Notes under the pieces: model-generated | What the model was told of the DNA's origin: nothing | Database searches by the model: none | What the model saw: only the letters and a program-made list of their open reading frames with translations | Source: Nitrospirota bacterium | GTDB lineage: Bacteria; Nitrospirota; JACRHL01 | NCBI GenBank assembly: GCA_029881725.1 | Contig: JAOUMB010000001.1 | Span: forward strand, 17,321 to 81,320 | Direction: 5' to 3' | DNA: 64,000 nucleotides | Shown: in pieces, positions 46,336 through 59,307 of the stretch | Numbering within the stretch: the stretch's first letter is position 1 | How the letters are laid out: each line of letters opens with the position of its first letter | Made by a program: the position numbers and the translations under genes

Positions 46336-47901
46336 TTAGCCCGCGGTTTCCGCAACAGGGTTTTGAACCCACAGCCCGTCTTTCCCCAACAGATATCCTT
46401 CACGTTCAAACAACATTCTGGAGCCCGTATTCTGATCCAGAATCTCCGCCTTGATCTCGGCGTACGGGACCAGTCTCCTGGCACACCGGATTGCTGCGCC
46501 TCCCACCCCCTGCCGCTGATGGTCCGGAGCTACAAGAAGGGAAACCTCGTACACGTCTCGGTTTTCTTCCCCCTCCAGGCTGTCGAGCCTTAATACCCCT
46601 GCTGGCTGCCGCTTATGTATCACAATATTCAGCAGGCACGACGGATCACTCAATCGAGACTTAAACCAGGACACATGCTCATCAAAAGACGGTACGCTCG
46701 GATTCCGGCAATGCGTCCGCATTCCCGGAGTGGACTGCCATTCAAATACCCGCTGAATATCCTCCGTTCGGGCCGGGCGCACCCACACCGGATTTTTATC
46801 GGTCGCGAACTCCGGAACCAGCCGCTGTCCCACACGCCCCGTCCCCAATCCGTCACACATCCTGGCCGCTTCCAGGGACATTCGGGTCAAGCGTTCTGGA
46901 TCTTCCGCAAGGTTCCTCAGTGAAGTCGCGATATGTTCCGGGTCCACACTCCGAAAATTCCCCAGGTTAACGGCTGCACCGGCGCGTTCCATGATGCCGG
47001 CGACCAGCATCTGGTTCTCTGCAATCACCAAAGTCATCGAAGGGAGCCCCATACAGCAACGTTCCCAGGAAGTGGTGCCAGCCGCCCCGATCCCGATGTC
47101 CGCGTGTGCCATCAACTCGGGTATGTTGCCCGGGCTCACATGTACGGCAACGTCCAGCGACGATTCCTCACACCAGTGTCGCACCACTTCCAGATGCGGT
47201 GCGCCATGCGCCAGAATGACATCCACGGTCCATTGAAATCCGCTTAAGGCGATCGCCTCGAGCACGGTTTTCGTCACGTTATCCGGATCCAAAGCCCCCA
47301 TGCCCACCAAGATGCGCGCAACGCCTTTACGTGATCGACGTCGGGCCAACGAAGTCGTCCGCACCTGATTGAACTCCGGCCGCAACAGTGCATACGCGCT
47401 ACCGGTCATCGTATGGGCGGATGGCGCCAAGGCCTGATAATCCCCCGGCAGACGCCCAAAGGTCTGATCCAGAAGCAAATCGCAATCGTGGTGCCGATCC
47501 GCCAGATCATCAATCACCATGATTCGCTCCACATGAGGACGCAAGACCCTCTCCCAATTGGCATCGATCGCGTAATGGTCCACGATCAGCCAGTCCGGAC
47601 GCACTGCCATTTCCCGGATAGCCCCCACCGTCTGCTCCGCGTCCATGGCCACGGAAGCACCCAGCCAGTGCGCATGCCCCTCCTGCCGGGCTTCCTCCTG
47701 GAAACCGTCGATTCCGGGCAGGCGGGAGACCGGATAGCTCCGTTCCCGCTCGACCCAATCACACAGGTTTCCCGGGTGTTCACGGAATATAAAATGAACC
47801 TGGTGCCCCTCCTCCCGAAGCCGGTCAGCCAGGGCCAGGCAGCGCATGACGTGGCCGGTACCAATCATCAGGGCGGCATCTGTGCGGAACACGAATTTCA
47901 T
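46336..47901 (-). CDS. pseG: Bifunctional PseG-PseH fusion: UDP-2,4-diacetamido-2,4,6-trideoxy-beta-L-altropyranose hydrolase (N-terminal, GT-B-like) fused to a GNAT N-acetyltransferase (C-terminal)
   Basis: N-terminus MKFVFRTDAALMIGTGHVMRCLALADRL is PseG-like. C-terminal about 150 aa has a GNAT fold with motif A QRQGVGGAAI. Confidence 0.8.
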   Translation of the reverse strand: MKFVFRTDAALMIGTGHVMRCLALADRLREEGHQVHFIFREHPGNLCDWVERERSYPVSRLPGIDGFQEEARQEGHAHWLGASVAMDAEQTVGAIREMAVRPDWLIVDHYAIDANWERVLRPHVERIMVIDDLADRHHDCDLLLDQTFGRLPGDYQALAPSAHTMTGSAYALLRPEFNQVRTTSLARRRSRKGVARILVGMGALDPDNVTKTVLEAIALSGFQWTVDVILAHGAPHLEVVRHWCEESSLDVAVHVSPGNIPELMAHADIGIGAAGTTSWERCCMGLPSMTLVIAENQMLVAGIMERAGAAVNLGNFRSVDPEHIATSLRNLAEDPERLTRMSLEAARMCDGLGTGRVGQRLVPEFATDKNPVWVRPARTEDIQRVFEWQSTPGMRTHCRNPSVPSFDEHVSWFKSRLSDPSCLLNIVIHKRQPAGVLRLDSLEGEENRDVYEVSLLVAPDHQRQGVGGAAIRCARRLVPYAEIKAEILDQNTGSRMLFEREGYLLGKDGLWVQNPVAETAG

Positions 47902-47994
47902 GCCTGCAACAAACGTCCTCTGTTCATCATTGTTCTAACTCCTGAATAGAGAGTGGATGTTTGCTCCAGCAAGGCACTCCCCTTGTGGTGCCCT

Positions 47995-48721
47995 TTAAAC
48001 GTGTTTTTGTCCCACATGGGCATTGATTTCCAACAGGGACGGACGGCTTCCAACCAGCCGCAATACGTCCGCATAGCCAAACCGCGGGTTATCCGGCCAC
48101 AGGGCCGCATAAACTTCCCGTATCAGGCGCAGGTCGTCCGGCTCGTCCACCGTCCAGCGCAGGTGGCTATGATCCTCCGAATCCACCAGGTGCCCCTGCG
48201 GAAAGCGCTCCGGGCGGCGCCAGATGAACGGGGTCACGTGTTCCCGCTCCCCCGGCTCCACGGCCTCCCGGCTGGCGGCTTCCAGCGCGTCCCGGCTGAA
48301 CACCTCCACATCCAGCCCGCGTGGAAACGTCCGCTGGTGACAGTTGGACACATAGGCCACCGCCGGGGCAGCAGCCGCATACGCCTCCACACACCGATCG
48401 ATCACCTGGGGATCGATCAACGGACAATCGGACGTGATCCGAACCACCACGCCAGCTTTCGCCGCCTGCGCGGCTCCCTGATACCTGGCCAGCACATCGT
48501 CCGTGCTGCCGCGCCATACCGAAACGCCCAATTGTTCGCACAGGGCCAGGATAGGTGCTTCCGTTCCATCGTCGGTGGTGGCGATCCACACCTGTTTCAA
48601 GCGGGAGGCGCGTCGCACCCGTTCCAGCACGTGCCACAGCAGCGGTTTTCCCTGCAGGTCCATCATCACCTTGCCGGGCAGCCGCGTGGAGGTCATGCGC
48701 GCCTGAATGATGGCGACCACT

Positions 48722-48729
<8 letters not shown>
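47995..48729 (-). CDS. pseF: Pseudaminic acid cytidylyltransferase (CMP-sugar synthetase family)
   Basis: VVAIIQARMTSTRLPGKV ... VRITSDCPLIDP motifs of the NeuA/PseF family. GTG start at 48729 (or 48720) adjacent to or overlapping the pseC stop. Confidence 0.8.
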
Positions 48730-52177
<3,448 letters not shown>

Positions 52178-52186
52178 GGTCCGCTA

Positions 52187-53023
52187 CTACACCAGATCCG
52201 CATAGGTGGCTTCCATGCGCCGGAACATGTACGCACCCAGCACCAGGAAAAACAGGGAAATCCCCACCGACCCGTACAGCGCCGGGTTGGGTGGCGTAAC
52301 CGTCGAAAACATGCTCCAGCGGGTCAGTTCGATCACCCCCACCACCGGGTTTAACCCGTACAGCCACTGCCATTTTTCCGGGATCATCGACAGTGGATAA
52401 ATGACTGGTGAGGCAAACATTCCCACCCGAACGATAAACGGCACCAGTTGCCCCACGTCCCGGTATTTGATGTTCAGCGCGGAAAAGCACAGCCCAACCC
52501 CCAGCGCCGAGACCCAAGCCCACACCAAGCCCAACGGCACCGCCCACAGGGCGTGCCAACTGGGCACCATGCCCTTCAACAGAGTGGCCGCCAGCAACAC
52601 CAGTATCGCCACCAGCGCATCCACCAGTGGCACCGCGGTGGCGGCCAGGGGCGTAATCACCCGTGGAAAATAGACCTTGGTCAGTAGCGCCCGCTGACTC
52701 ACGAGCGAGTTGGAGACATCCGCTAACGCCGAGGCGAAGAAGGTCCAGGGAATTATCCCGGCCAGGAAAAACAGCGGGTAGGGGATGTCTCCCGATGGCA
52801 TGCGCGCCCAGATGCCAAAGATGATCGAGAAGATGACCGCCATCAGAACCGGGTTCAGCACCGCCCACATCAGCCCCAGCGCGGTCTGCTTGTAGCGCAC
52901 CGACACGTCGCGCCACACCAGTTGCAGCAGCAGTTCACGGAACGACCACAATTCCGAAAAGCGGAACGGGTGGACTCCGGTGGCCGGGGAGATGACCGTT
53001 TCAGTGTCGGCTCTGGAGGTCAT
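52187..53023 (-). CDS. wzm: O-antigen/polysaccharide ABC exporter permease Wzm (ABC-2 type)
   Basis: Start placed at [11 protein letters not shown] (overlaps the fcl stop). Six TM segments. Motifs such as ELWSFRELLLQLVWRDVSVRYKQTALGLMWAVLNP are typical of ABC-2 permeases. Confidence 0.8.
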   Translation of the reverse strand: MTSRADTETVISPATGVHPFRFSELWSFRELLLQLVWRDVSVRYKQTALGLMWAVLNPVLMAVIFSIIFGIWARMPSGDIPYPLFFLAGIIPWTFFASALADVSNSLVSQRALLTKVYFPRVITPLAATAVPLVDALVAILVLLAATLLKGMVPSWHALWAVPLGLVWAWVSALGVGLCFSALNIKYRDVGQLVPFIVRVGMFASPVIYPLSMIPEKWQWLYGLNPVVGVIELTRWSMFSTVTPPNPALYGSVGISLFFLVLGAYMFRRMEATYADLV

Positions 53024-53988
53024 CCCCGCACCGTGCCCTTCTCCCGCTCCGCGTGAAAATCCGCCACCGACTGGCGCACGCCGTCTTCCAGGCCGATGGT
53101 TGGCGTCCAGCCCAGCGCGGTGAGCCTGGACGTATCCAGCAGCTTGCGCGGGGTGCCGTCGGGTTTCGTCGCATCCCACACGATGTCGCCGGTAAAACCG
53201 GTGAGCTTTTGCACCAGCTCCGCCAGTTCACGGATAGAGATGTCCTTGCCCCATCCGGCGTTGATGAGCGGCATGGCGTCCTTGTCCGCATGCACCCGAT
53301 CGGCCAGATACAGGCAGGCGTCGGCCAGGTCGTCCACGTGCAGAAACTCGCGGCGCGGGGTGCCGGATCCCCACAGGGTGACGGTAGCGTCGCCCCGCTC
53401 GGCAGCTTCGGTGAACTTGCGGATCATGGCCGGCAGCACGTGGGAGCCGTTCAGGTCGTAGTTGTCGCCAGGGCCGTACAGGTTGGTGGGCATCACCGCG
53501 ATGTAGTCGGTGCCGTATTGCCGGTTATAGGCCTCGCACATGGAGATTCCGGCAATCTTGGCCACCGCGTAGGGGGCGTTGGTGGGCTCCAGCGGGCCGG
53601 TCAGGAGGTGGTCCTCCTTCATGGGCTGGGGGCACTCGCGGGGGTAGATGCAGGAGGAGCCGAGAAAGACCAGCCGCTGCACCCCGGACTTCCACGCCTG
53701 ATGAATCACGTTGTCCTGAATGGCCAGATTGTCGCGGATGAACTCCGCGGGAAAGGTGTTGTTGGCCAGGATTCCGCCCACTTTGGCGGCGGCCAGAAAC
53801 ACCACCTGGGGCCGTTCGGCGGAAAAGAAGTCCGCCACGTCGGCCTGACAGGTCAGGTCCAGTTCGGCGCGGGTGCGGGTGATGATGGATTCAAAGCCCG
53901 CCGCCGCAAGGCGCCGCACCAGCGCGGCACCCACCATGCCGCGATGGCCCGCCACGAACACGCGGGCCGTTTTGGCCAGTTCGCTCAT
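53020..53988 (-). CDS. fcl: GDP-L-fucose synthase (GDP-4-keto-6-deoxy-D-mannose 3,5-epimerase/4-reductase)
   Basis: [22 protein letters not shown] and YAVAKIAG motifs. Full-length WcaG/Fcl similarity. Confidence 0.9.
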   Translation of the reverse strand: MSELAKTARVFVAGHRGMVGAALVRRLAAAGFESIITRTRAELDLTCQADVADFFSAERPQVVFLAAAKVGGILANNTFPAEFIRDNLAIQDNVIHQAWKSGVQRLVFLGSSCIYPRECPQPMKEDHLLTGPLEPTNAPYAVAKIAGISMCEAYNRQYGTDYIAVMPTNLYGPGDNYDLNGSHVLPAMIRKFTEAAERGDATVTLWGSGTPRREFLHVDDLADACLYLADRVHADKDAMPLINAGWGKDISIRELAELVQKLTGFTGDIVWDATKPDGTPRKLLDTSRLTALGWTPTIGLEDGVRQSVADFHAEREKGTVRG

Positions 53989-55064
53989 TCGTGATGGACC
54001 CGCGTATCAATGGTGTGCCCGGCTTTTTTGAGGGTGTTCTCCCGCTCGGCCAGATCCAGATCGTGATCCACCATCATCGCCACCAGCCCGTCGATGTCCA
54101 CCTTCGGGTCCCACCCCAGCACCTTTTTGCTCTTGGTGGGGTCGCCCAGCAGCAGTTCCACCTCGGCGGGACGGAAGTAGCGGGGATCGATCTCCACGAA
54201 CTGCTCCCAATCCAGTTCCAGCCGCCCGAATACCTTCTGCACGAATTCGCGCACCGAGTAGGTCTTGCCGGTGGCGATCACAAAATCGTCCGGGGTGTCC
54301 TGTTGCAGCATGCGCCACATGGCTTCCACATAATCGCCCGCAAAACCCCAGTCGCGCTTGGCGTCCATGTTGCCCAGATACAGCTTGTCCTGAAGCCCCA
54401 GCTTGATGCGGGTGGCGGCGCGGGTGATCTTGCGGGTCACAAAGGTTTCGCCGCGGCGGGGGGACTCGTGGTTGAACAGGATGCCGTTGGTGGCAAACAT
54501 GTCGTAGGCCTCCCGGTGGTTCACCGTCTGCCAGTAGCCGAATACCTTGGCCACCGCATAGGGGCTGCGCGGGTGGAACGGGGTGCTTTCGGTCTGCGGG
54601 GTTTCACGCACCTTGCCATACATCTCGGAGGAGCAGGCCTGATAAAAGCGCACCTCGTGCCCGGTGCGGTCCCGGTAGTCCCGCAGGGCCTCCAGCAGGC
54701 GCAGGGTGCCCACCGCCACCACGTCGGCGGTATACACCGCTTCGTCGAAGGACACCTTCACGTGGGACTGGGCGCCCAGGTTGTATACCTCGTCCGGCTT
54801 CACCTGCTCCACGATGTGACGCAGGTTGGCACCGTCGGCCAGATCACCGTAATGCAGAAACAGGCGCGCCCCCTTCTGGTGCGGATCCTGATAGATATGA
54901 TCGATGCGCTGGGTATTGAAGGTGGAGGCGCGGCGGATGATCCCGTGCACCTCGTACCCCTTGTCCAGCAGCAACTCGGCCAGATACGAGCCGTCCTGTC
55001 CGGTAATTCCGGTAATCAGTGCAACCTTGCGTTCACTCGACACGATGTCCTCCACACGCGACAA
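53985..55064 (-). CDS. gmd: GDP-mannose 4,6-dehydratase
   Basis: [50 protein letters not shown] and [10 protein letters not shown] are canonical Gmd. 4-bp overlap with fcl. Confidence 0.95.
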   Translation of the reverse strand: MSRVEDIVSSERKVALITGITGQDGSYLAELLLDKGYEVHGIIRRASTFNTQRIDHIYQDPHQKGARLFLHYGDLADGANLRHIVEQVKPDEVYNLGAQSHVKVSFDEAVYTADVVAVGTLRLLEALRDYRDRTGHEVRFYQACSSEMYGKVRETPQTESTPFHPRSPYAVAKVFGYWQTVNHREAYDMFATNGILFNHESPRRGETFVTRKITRAATRIKLGLQDKLYLGNMDAKRDWGFAGDYVEAMWRMLQQDTPDDFVIATGKTYSVREFVQKVFGRLELDWEQFVEIDPRYFRPAEVELLLGDPTKSKKVLGWDPKVDIDGLVAMMVDHDLDLAERENTLKKAGHTIDTRVHHE

Positions 55065-55154
55065 TCCACCGGTAATGCTCCGGCGCCCAACGCCGAATAT
55101 TCCTCATCGGAAGGTCAGACGCATCCGTTCACACATTCGACACGCCCGAATCAT

Positions 55155-55169
55155 TGTTCACCATGTGAA
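55155..55169. promoter_or_regulatory. Perfect 15-bp inverted repeat GTTCAC-cat-GTGAAC in the 284-bp gap upstream of gmd; candidate operator
   Basis: gttcaccatgtgaac read directly, about 90 bp upstream of the gmd start codon on the transcribed side. Confidence 0.3.
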
Positions 55170-55348
55170 CATAGTGCGAATTCGTGCTCCTGTCAACTCC
55201 CGCAAACGCCGGGAAGCGGGTGGTTGGGGCGTGCGGAAGAGAGCGGGCCGAGGCACGGGGTTAAGGGCCGTGCGGCCCTGCGGGCGGCGCCGGGGACAGA
55301 CAGCGGGAAGCGGCGGTGAAGGGGAACAAATGCGTCCGGGGACGCGGA

Positions 55349-55960
55349 TCAATCCCTGTGGATCAATTCCTTTTTGCGCAGGTAATCGGTGAGCTGCTGC
55401 ACACACTCCTCCGGAGAAAAGCGGTCGGTGTCGAGCACCACGTCCGGGTTGAGGGGTTCCTCATAGGGATCGGAGATGCCGGTGAAGTGGGCGATCTTGC
55501 CCGCCCGAACCTTTTTATAGATGCCCTTGGGGTCGCGGGATTCGCACACTTCGATGGGGCACTTGACGTACACCTCGTGAAAGTCGTCGGCGCCGATGGT
55601 CTGGCGGGCCAGATCCCGGTCCGAGCGGTAGGGGCTGATGAACGCGGTGAACACCACGATGCCCGCGTCGCAAAACAGCTTGGCCACCTCCGACACACGG
55701 CGCAGGTTTTCGGTACGCGCCTCGGCGGTAAAGCCCAGGTCCCGGTTCAGCCCGTGACGCACGTTGTCACCGTCCAGCACGTACACCCGCACCCGACTCT
55801 CAAACAGGGTCTTGTCCATGGCGTGGGCCAGCGTGCTTTTGCCGGAGGCCGAGTAGCCGGTCATCCATACCACGCCGCTTTTGTGGCCGTTGAAGCGGTT
55901 GCGGTCGGCGCGGTTGATGAGTCCTTCGTGCCAGGTCAGGTTGCGGTCGTCTTGTGACAT
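55349..55960 (-). CDS. cysC: Adenylyl-sulfate (APS) kinase
   Basis: Start placed at MSQDDRNLTWHEG. GVVWMTGYSASGKSTLA P-loop, LDGDNVRHGLNRDLGF and FISPYRSDRD are canonical CysC motifs. Same strand as, and directly upstream of, the gmd...GT4 operon. Confidence 0.9.
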   Translation of the reverse strand: MSQDDRNLTWHEGLINRADRNRFNGHKSGVVWMTGYSASGKSTLAHAMDKTLFESRVRVYVLDGDNVRHGLNRDLGFTAEARTENLRRVSEVAKLFCDAGIVVFTAFISPYRSDRDLARQTIGADDFHEVYVKCPIEVCESRDPKGIYKKVRAGKIAHFTGISDPYEEPLNPDVVLDTDRFSPEECVQQLTDYLRKKELIHRD

Positions 55961-56129
55961 GATGCCGGGATATCTGAGGTTAACAACAACAAAAAAAACG
56001 GGGATTCCGGACATTCACGGACACCCCGCCGCCCCACCCACCCCACCGAACGTTAGTGGAGCGGCAAAAAAGTGTCAACTACAGGCCGGCCGTGTCGGGT
56101 ACCCTGTTCGGCTGCGAGATCGTACCACG

Positions 56130-57302
56130 ATGCCAACCCACTCCCCCACCCCTTTCGACGCCGCCGTAGTCGGCGCCGGTCCCGCCGGATGCATGGCGGC
56201 GCGGCATCTGGCGGCGGCGGGGCTGAAGGTGGCGCTGATCGAACGGCAGCCCCTGCCACGCTATAAAACCTGCGGCGGCGGGCTGGTGGGGCGCGCCGTG
56301 CGCCTGCTGCCGGAGTCCGCCCTGAGGGCGGTGGAGTCCGATTGCCACCGGGCCGCGCTGCACTTGGCCGGTTCCGATCTGGCGTTTACCGCCGAACGCG
56401 CCCATCCCATCGTGCGCATGACCATGCGCGCCAACCTGGACGCCGCCCTGGCCGGGTGGGCGGTGGCCGCCGGAGCCACCCTGATGGATGCGACGCCGGT
56501 GACCGGCGTGGTGCCCGGCCCCGGCGGCGTCACCCTGCACACCGCGAGCGGTGCATTGACGGCCCCGGTGGTGATTGCCGCCGATGGCGCCGGGGGGCTG
56601 CTGTCGCGCACGGTACGCACCGCCCCCGCCCGCATGGGGCCCGCCGTGGAATGGGAAATCCACGTGCCCGATGCCGACCTGGGCCGCTTTCAGGACATCG
56701 CCCGCTTCGACGTGGGGATTGTGCCTCACGGCTATGGCTGGGTATTCCCCAAGGGCGACCACCTGTCGGTGGGGGTGTTCACCGGGCGGGCGGGGCGCAT
56801 GAACCTGCACCGGGCCACCACGGACTATCTGAACCGGATCGGCCTCACCCGCATCACCCACGCGGAGCGCCACGGCCACCGCATCCCCGTTCACCCCGGC
56901 AAGGGACCGTTCGCCGCCCACGGCATCCTGCTCACCGGCGACGCTGCGGGGTTTGCGGAACCGGTTACCGGCGAGGGCATTTCCGCCGCCCTCGAGTCCG
57001 GCCATCTGGCCGCCCGGTCGATCCTTGCTGCCCAGGGTGACCCCACGGGCGCCATGCGCCGGTACGTGGCCGACATCGAAGGAACCATACTGCCGGAACT
57101 GGCCGCCGCGCGCCGTCTGGCCTGGCTCCTGTATGCCTGGCCGCCGTTCACCCGCCAGGTGTTTGCGTATGGGGGGCAACGGCTGTGCGAGCGGGTGGCC
57201 GATGTAATGGCGGGCACCCTCACCTGGCGCCAACTGTTCCGGCATCCGTCAGGCTTTCGACTCCCCCCCGGCGCTGCCAAGCCGACAGTGTCGAAGGAAT
57301 GA
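56130..57302 (+). CDS. FAD-dependent oxidoreductase of the geranylgeranyl reductase family
   Basis: Start at MPTHSPTPFDAAVVGAGPAGCMAARHLAAAGLKVALIER (GxGxxG). Internal GDAAGF FAD motif. Confidence 0.75.
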   Translation: MPTHSPTPFDAAVVGAGPAGCMAARHLAAAGLKVALIERQPLPRYKTCGGGLVGRAVRLLPESALRAVESDCHRAALHLAGSDLAFTAERAHPIVRMTMRANLDAALAGWAVAAGATLMDATPVTGVVPGPGGVTLHTASGALTAPVVIAADGAGGLLSRTVRTAPARMGPAVEWEIHVPDADLGRFQDIARFDVGIVPHGYGWVFPKGDHLSVGVFTGRAGRMNLHRATTDYLNRIGLTRITHAERHGHRIPVHPGKGPFAAHGILLTGDAAGFAEPVTGEGISAALESGHLAARSILAAQGDPTGAMRRYVADIEGTILPELAAARRLAWLLYAWPPFTRQVFAYGGQRLCERVADVMAGTLTWRQLFRHPSGFRLPPGAAKPTVSKE

Positions 57303-57367
57303 TCCCGCTCCCGGCCGCACCGGGCCAGGCTGCTTTCCCCGAACGATTTGGCACCCCACGCCACGGA

Positions 57368-57494
57368 CGGTGTCGCGAAGCGATTTCTCTCCCGGTCGTA
57401 CCGGGCCGACGGTGTCGCGAAGCGATTTCGCTCCTGGCCGTGCCAGGCCGATGGTGTCGCGAAGCGATTTCGCTCTCGATCGCACCGGGCGGGT
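57368..57494. repeat. Three tandem copies of a 42-bp unit (plus a degenerate fourth copy at about 57303-57367), each with a 12-bp palindrome AGCGAttTCGCT and a second short hairpin
   Basis: Units begin GGTGTCGCGAAGCGATTTC(G/T)CTC. The second half reads CCGGTcgtACCGG in copy 1 and CTGGCcgtGCCAG in copy 2, i.e. the stem is preserved by compensatory changes. Located 80-200 bp upstream of cysS. Confidence 0.75.
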
Positions 57495-57571
57495 TTGCCA
57501 TGGGGGTGTGGGGGGGATTATCCTGTGCGGCTGATTTCCTCATTTTTATCGCAGTCCTGCAGGGAGCATAC

Positions 57572-59119
57572 ATGCGCGGTCGCCCGCTGAACCTGTTCAA
57601 CAGCATGGGTCGGGAACTGGAGCGATTCCAGCCGATCCGTGATACCGAGGCCCGGGTCTACTCCTGCGGTCCCACGGTTTACAACTATGCGCACCTGGGC
57701 AACCTGCGCGCCTATGTATTCACCGACACCCTGCGCCGCACCCTGATGCTCAAGGGGCTGGACGTGGTGCACGTGATGAACATCACCGACGTGGGCCACC
57801 TGACCTCCGACGCGGACGCCGGGGACGACAAGATGGAGTCCGCCGCCGCGCGCGAAAAGAAAACCGTGTGGGACATCGCCGCCTACTACACCGGCGCCTT
57901 CCACGCGGATGTGGAACGGCTCGGCATTCTGCCCCCCACCCAGGAGCCGAAGGCCACCGACTACATCGACAAGATGATCGCCTTCGCCCAGAAGCTGGAG
58001 AAGGACGGCCACACCTACACCATCGGCGACGGCCTGTACTTCGACACCACCACGGTGAGCGATTACGGACACCTGGGCTGCCTGGACCTGGAAGGGCAGG
58101 AGGCGGGCTCCCGCGTGGAGATGGCGGAAGGCAAACGGAACCCCACCGACTTCTGCCTGTGGAAGCGCACCCCGGCCGGCGTGAACCGCCTGATGGAATG
58201 GGACAGCCCGTGGGGCAAAGGCGCTCCCGGCTGGCACCTGGAGTGCTCGGTGATGAGCATCGACCTGCTCGGCGCCCCGTTCGACATCCACACCGGCGGC
58301 ATCGACCATCGCCAGGTGCATCATGTGAATGAAGTGGCCCAGAACCAGGGCTACACGGGCGACCGGCACAGCGGGGTCAACCACTGGTTGCACAACGAGT
58401 TCCTGGTGCTGGGCGAGGACAAGATGTCCAAGTCCAAGGGCGGCTTTTTGCGCCTGCAAACCTTGCTGGACCAGGGCATTCACCCGCTGGTGTACCGCTA
58501 TTTCTGCCTTCAGGCCCACTACCGCAAACCGCTGGTGTTCAGTTGGGACGCGCTGGTGGCGGCGCGGGCCGGATTGAAACGCCTGCTGATGCGGGTGGAA
58601 ACCCTGCGCCAGAAGGCCGAGAAGGAAGGCTTCGACGCCGCCAATCCGCCGGTGCTGGAACCGGGCTCCGAGAATGCCAGCCGCTCCCTGGGCACCCTGT
58701 CCGACGCCATTACCGAACCGCTTTCCAAGGCCGGGCGGGAGTGGGTGGACAAGCTGGACGAGGCCCTGTCCGACGATCTGAACACCCCGCAGGCGCTGGC
58801 CTGCCTGAACGAACTGGCGTCCGCCAAAAAGCTGCCCGCGGAGGATGCGTTGCGCCTGTTCGCGCTGTACGACCTGGTGCTGGGACTGCGGCTGTTGAAG
58901 CTCGACCCGGCGGAACTGGTGATCCGCCCCCGGGACGCGCCGCTGAGCGATGCGGAAATTCAGGAGCGGATCGCCGCACGGGTGGCCGCGCGCAAGGACA
59001 AGGATTTTGCCAAATCCGACGCCATTCGCGATGAACTGGAGGCCATGGGCATCGTGCTGATGGACGGTGCCGACGGGACCAGTTGGGAATGGCGGCCCAT
59101 GCTGGGCGCGCCATCCTGA
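57572..59119 (+). CDS. cysS: Cysteine--tRNA ligase
   Basis: Start at MRGRPLNLFNSMGRELERFQP (AGGGAG SD). HIGH-type CGPTVYNYAHLGNLRAY and KMSKS (KMSKSKGG) motifs. Longer C-terminal region than E. coli CysRS. Confidence 0.9.
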   Translation: MRGRPLNLFNSMGRELERFQPIRDTEARVYSCGPTVYNYAHLGNLRAYVFTDTLRRTLMLKGLDVVHVMNITDVGHLTSDADAGDDKMESAAAREKKTVWDIAAYYTGAFHADVERLGILPPTQEPKATDYIDKMIAFAQKLEKDGHTYTIGDGLYFDTTTVSDYGHLGCLDLEGQEAGSRVEMAEGKRNPTDFCLWKRTPAGVNRLMEWDSPWGKGAPGWHLECSVMSIDLLGAPFDIHTGGIDHRQVHHVNEVAQNQGYTGDRHSGVNHWLHNEFLVLGEDKMSKSKGGFLRLQTLLDQGIHPLVYRYFCLQAHYRKPLVFSWDALVAARAGLKRLLMRVETLRQKAEKEGFDAANPPVLEPGSENASRSLGTLSDAITEPLSKAGREWVDKLDEALSDDLNTPQALACLNELASAKKLPAEDALRLFALYDLVLGLRLLKLDPAELVIRPRDAPLSDAEIQERIAARVAARKDKDFAKSDAIRDELEAMGIVLMDGADGTSWEWRPMLGAPS

Positions 59120-59307
59120 TTGCGGACGGAGAGGGGAATCGGGGGATGACGCGTCCCCCCGCGACGGCTGCCACGGGCCACCCGCCGAAGGGCGCGCCCC
59201 GCCGCCTGCCGCCGGTAACGCGCGGTGCCCCCCACCCGACCCGCCCGATCCGCCCGACCTGGGGTGGGATGGACCACCCAGGACCATAAACCGGTTTACC
59301 GCGCCCG

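Noticed and set aside
57368-57494. Possible CRISPR array (three regularly spaced repeats)
   Set aside because: Units are directly tandem (42-bp period) with no unique spacers of spacer length, there are only 3-4 copies, and there are no cas genes anywhere in the window. Interpreted instead as a regulatory/REP-like tandem repeat.
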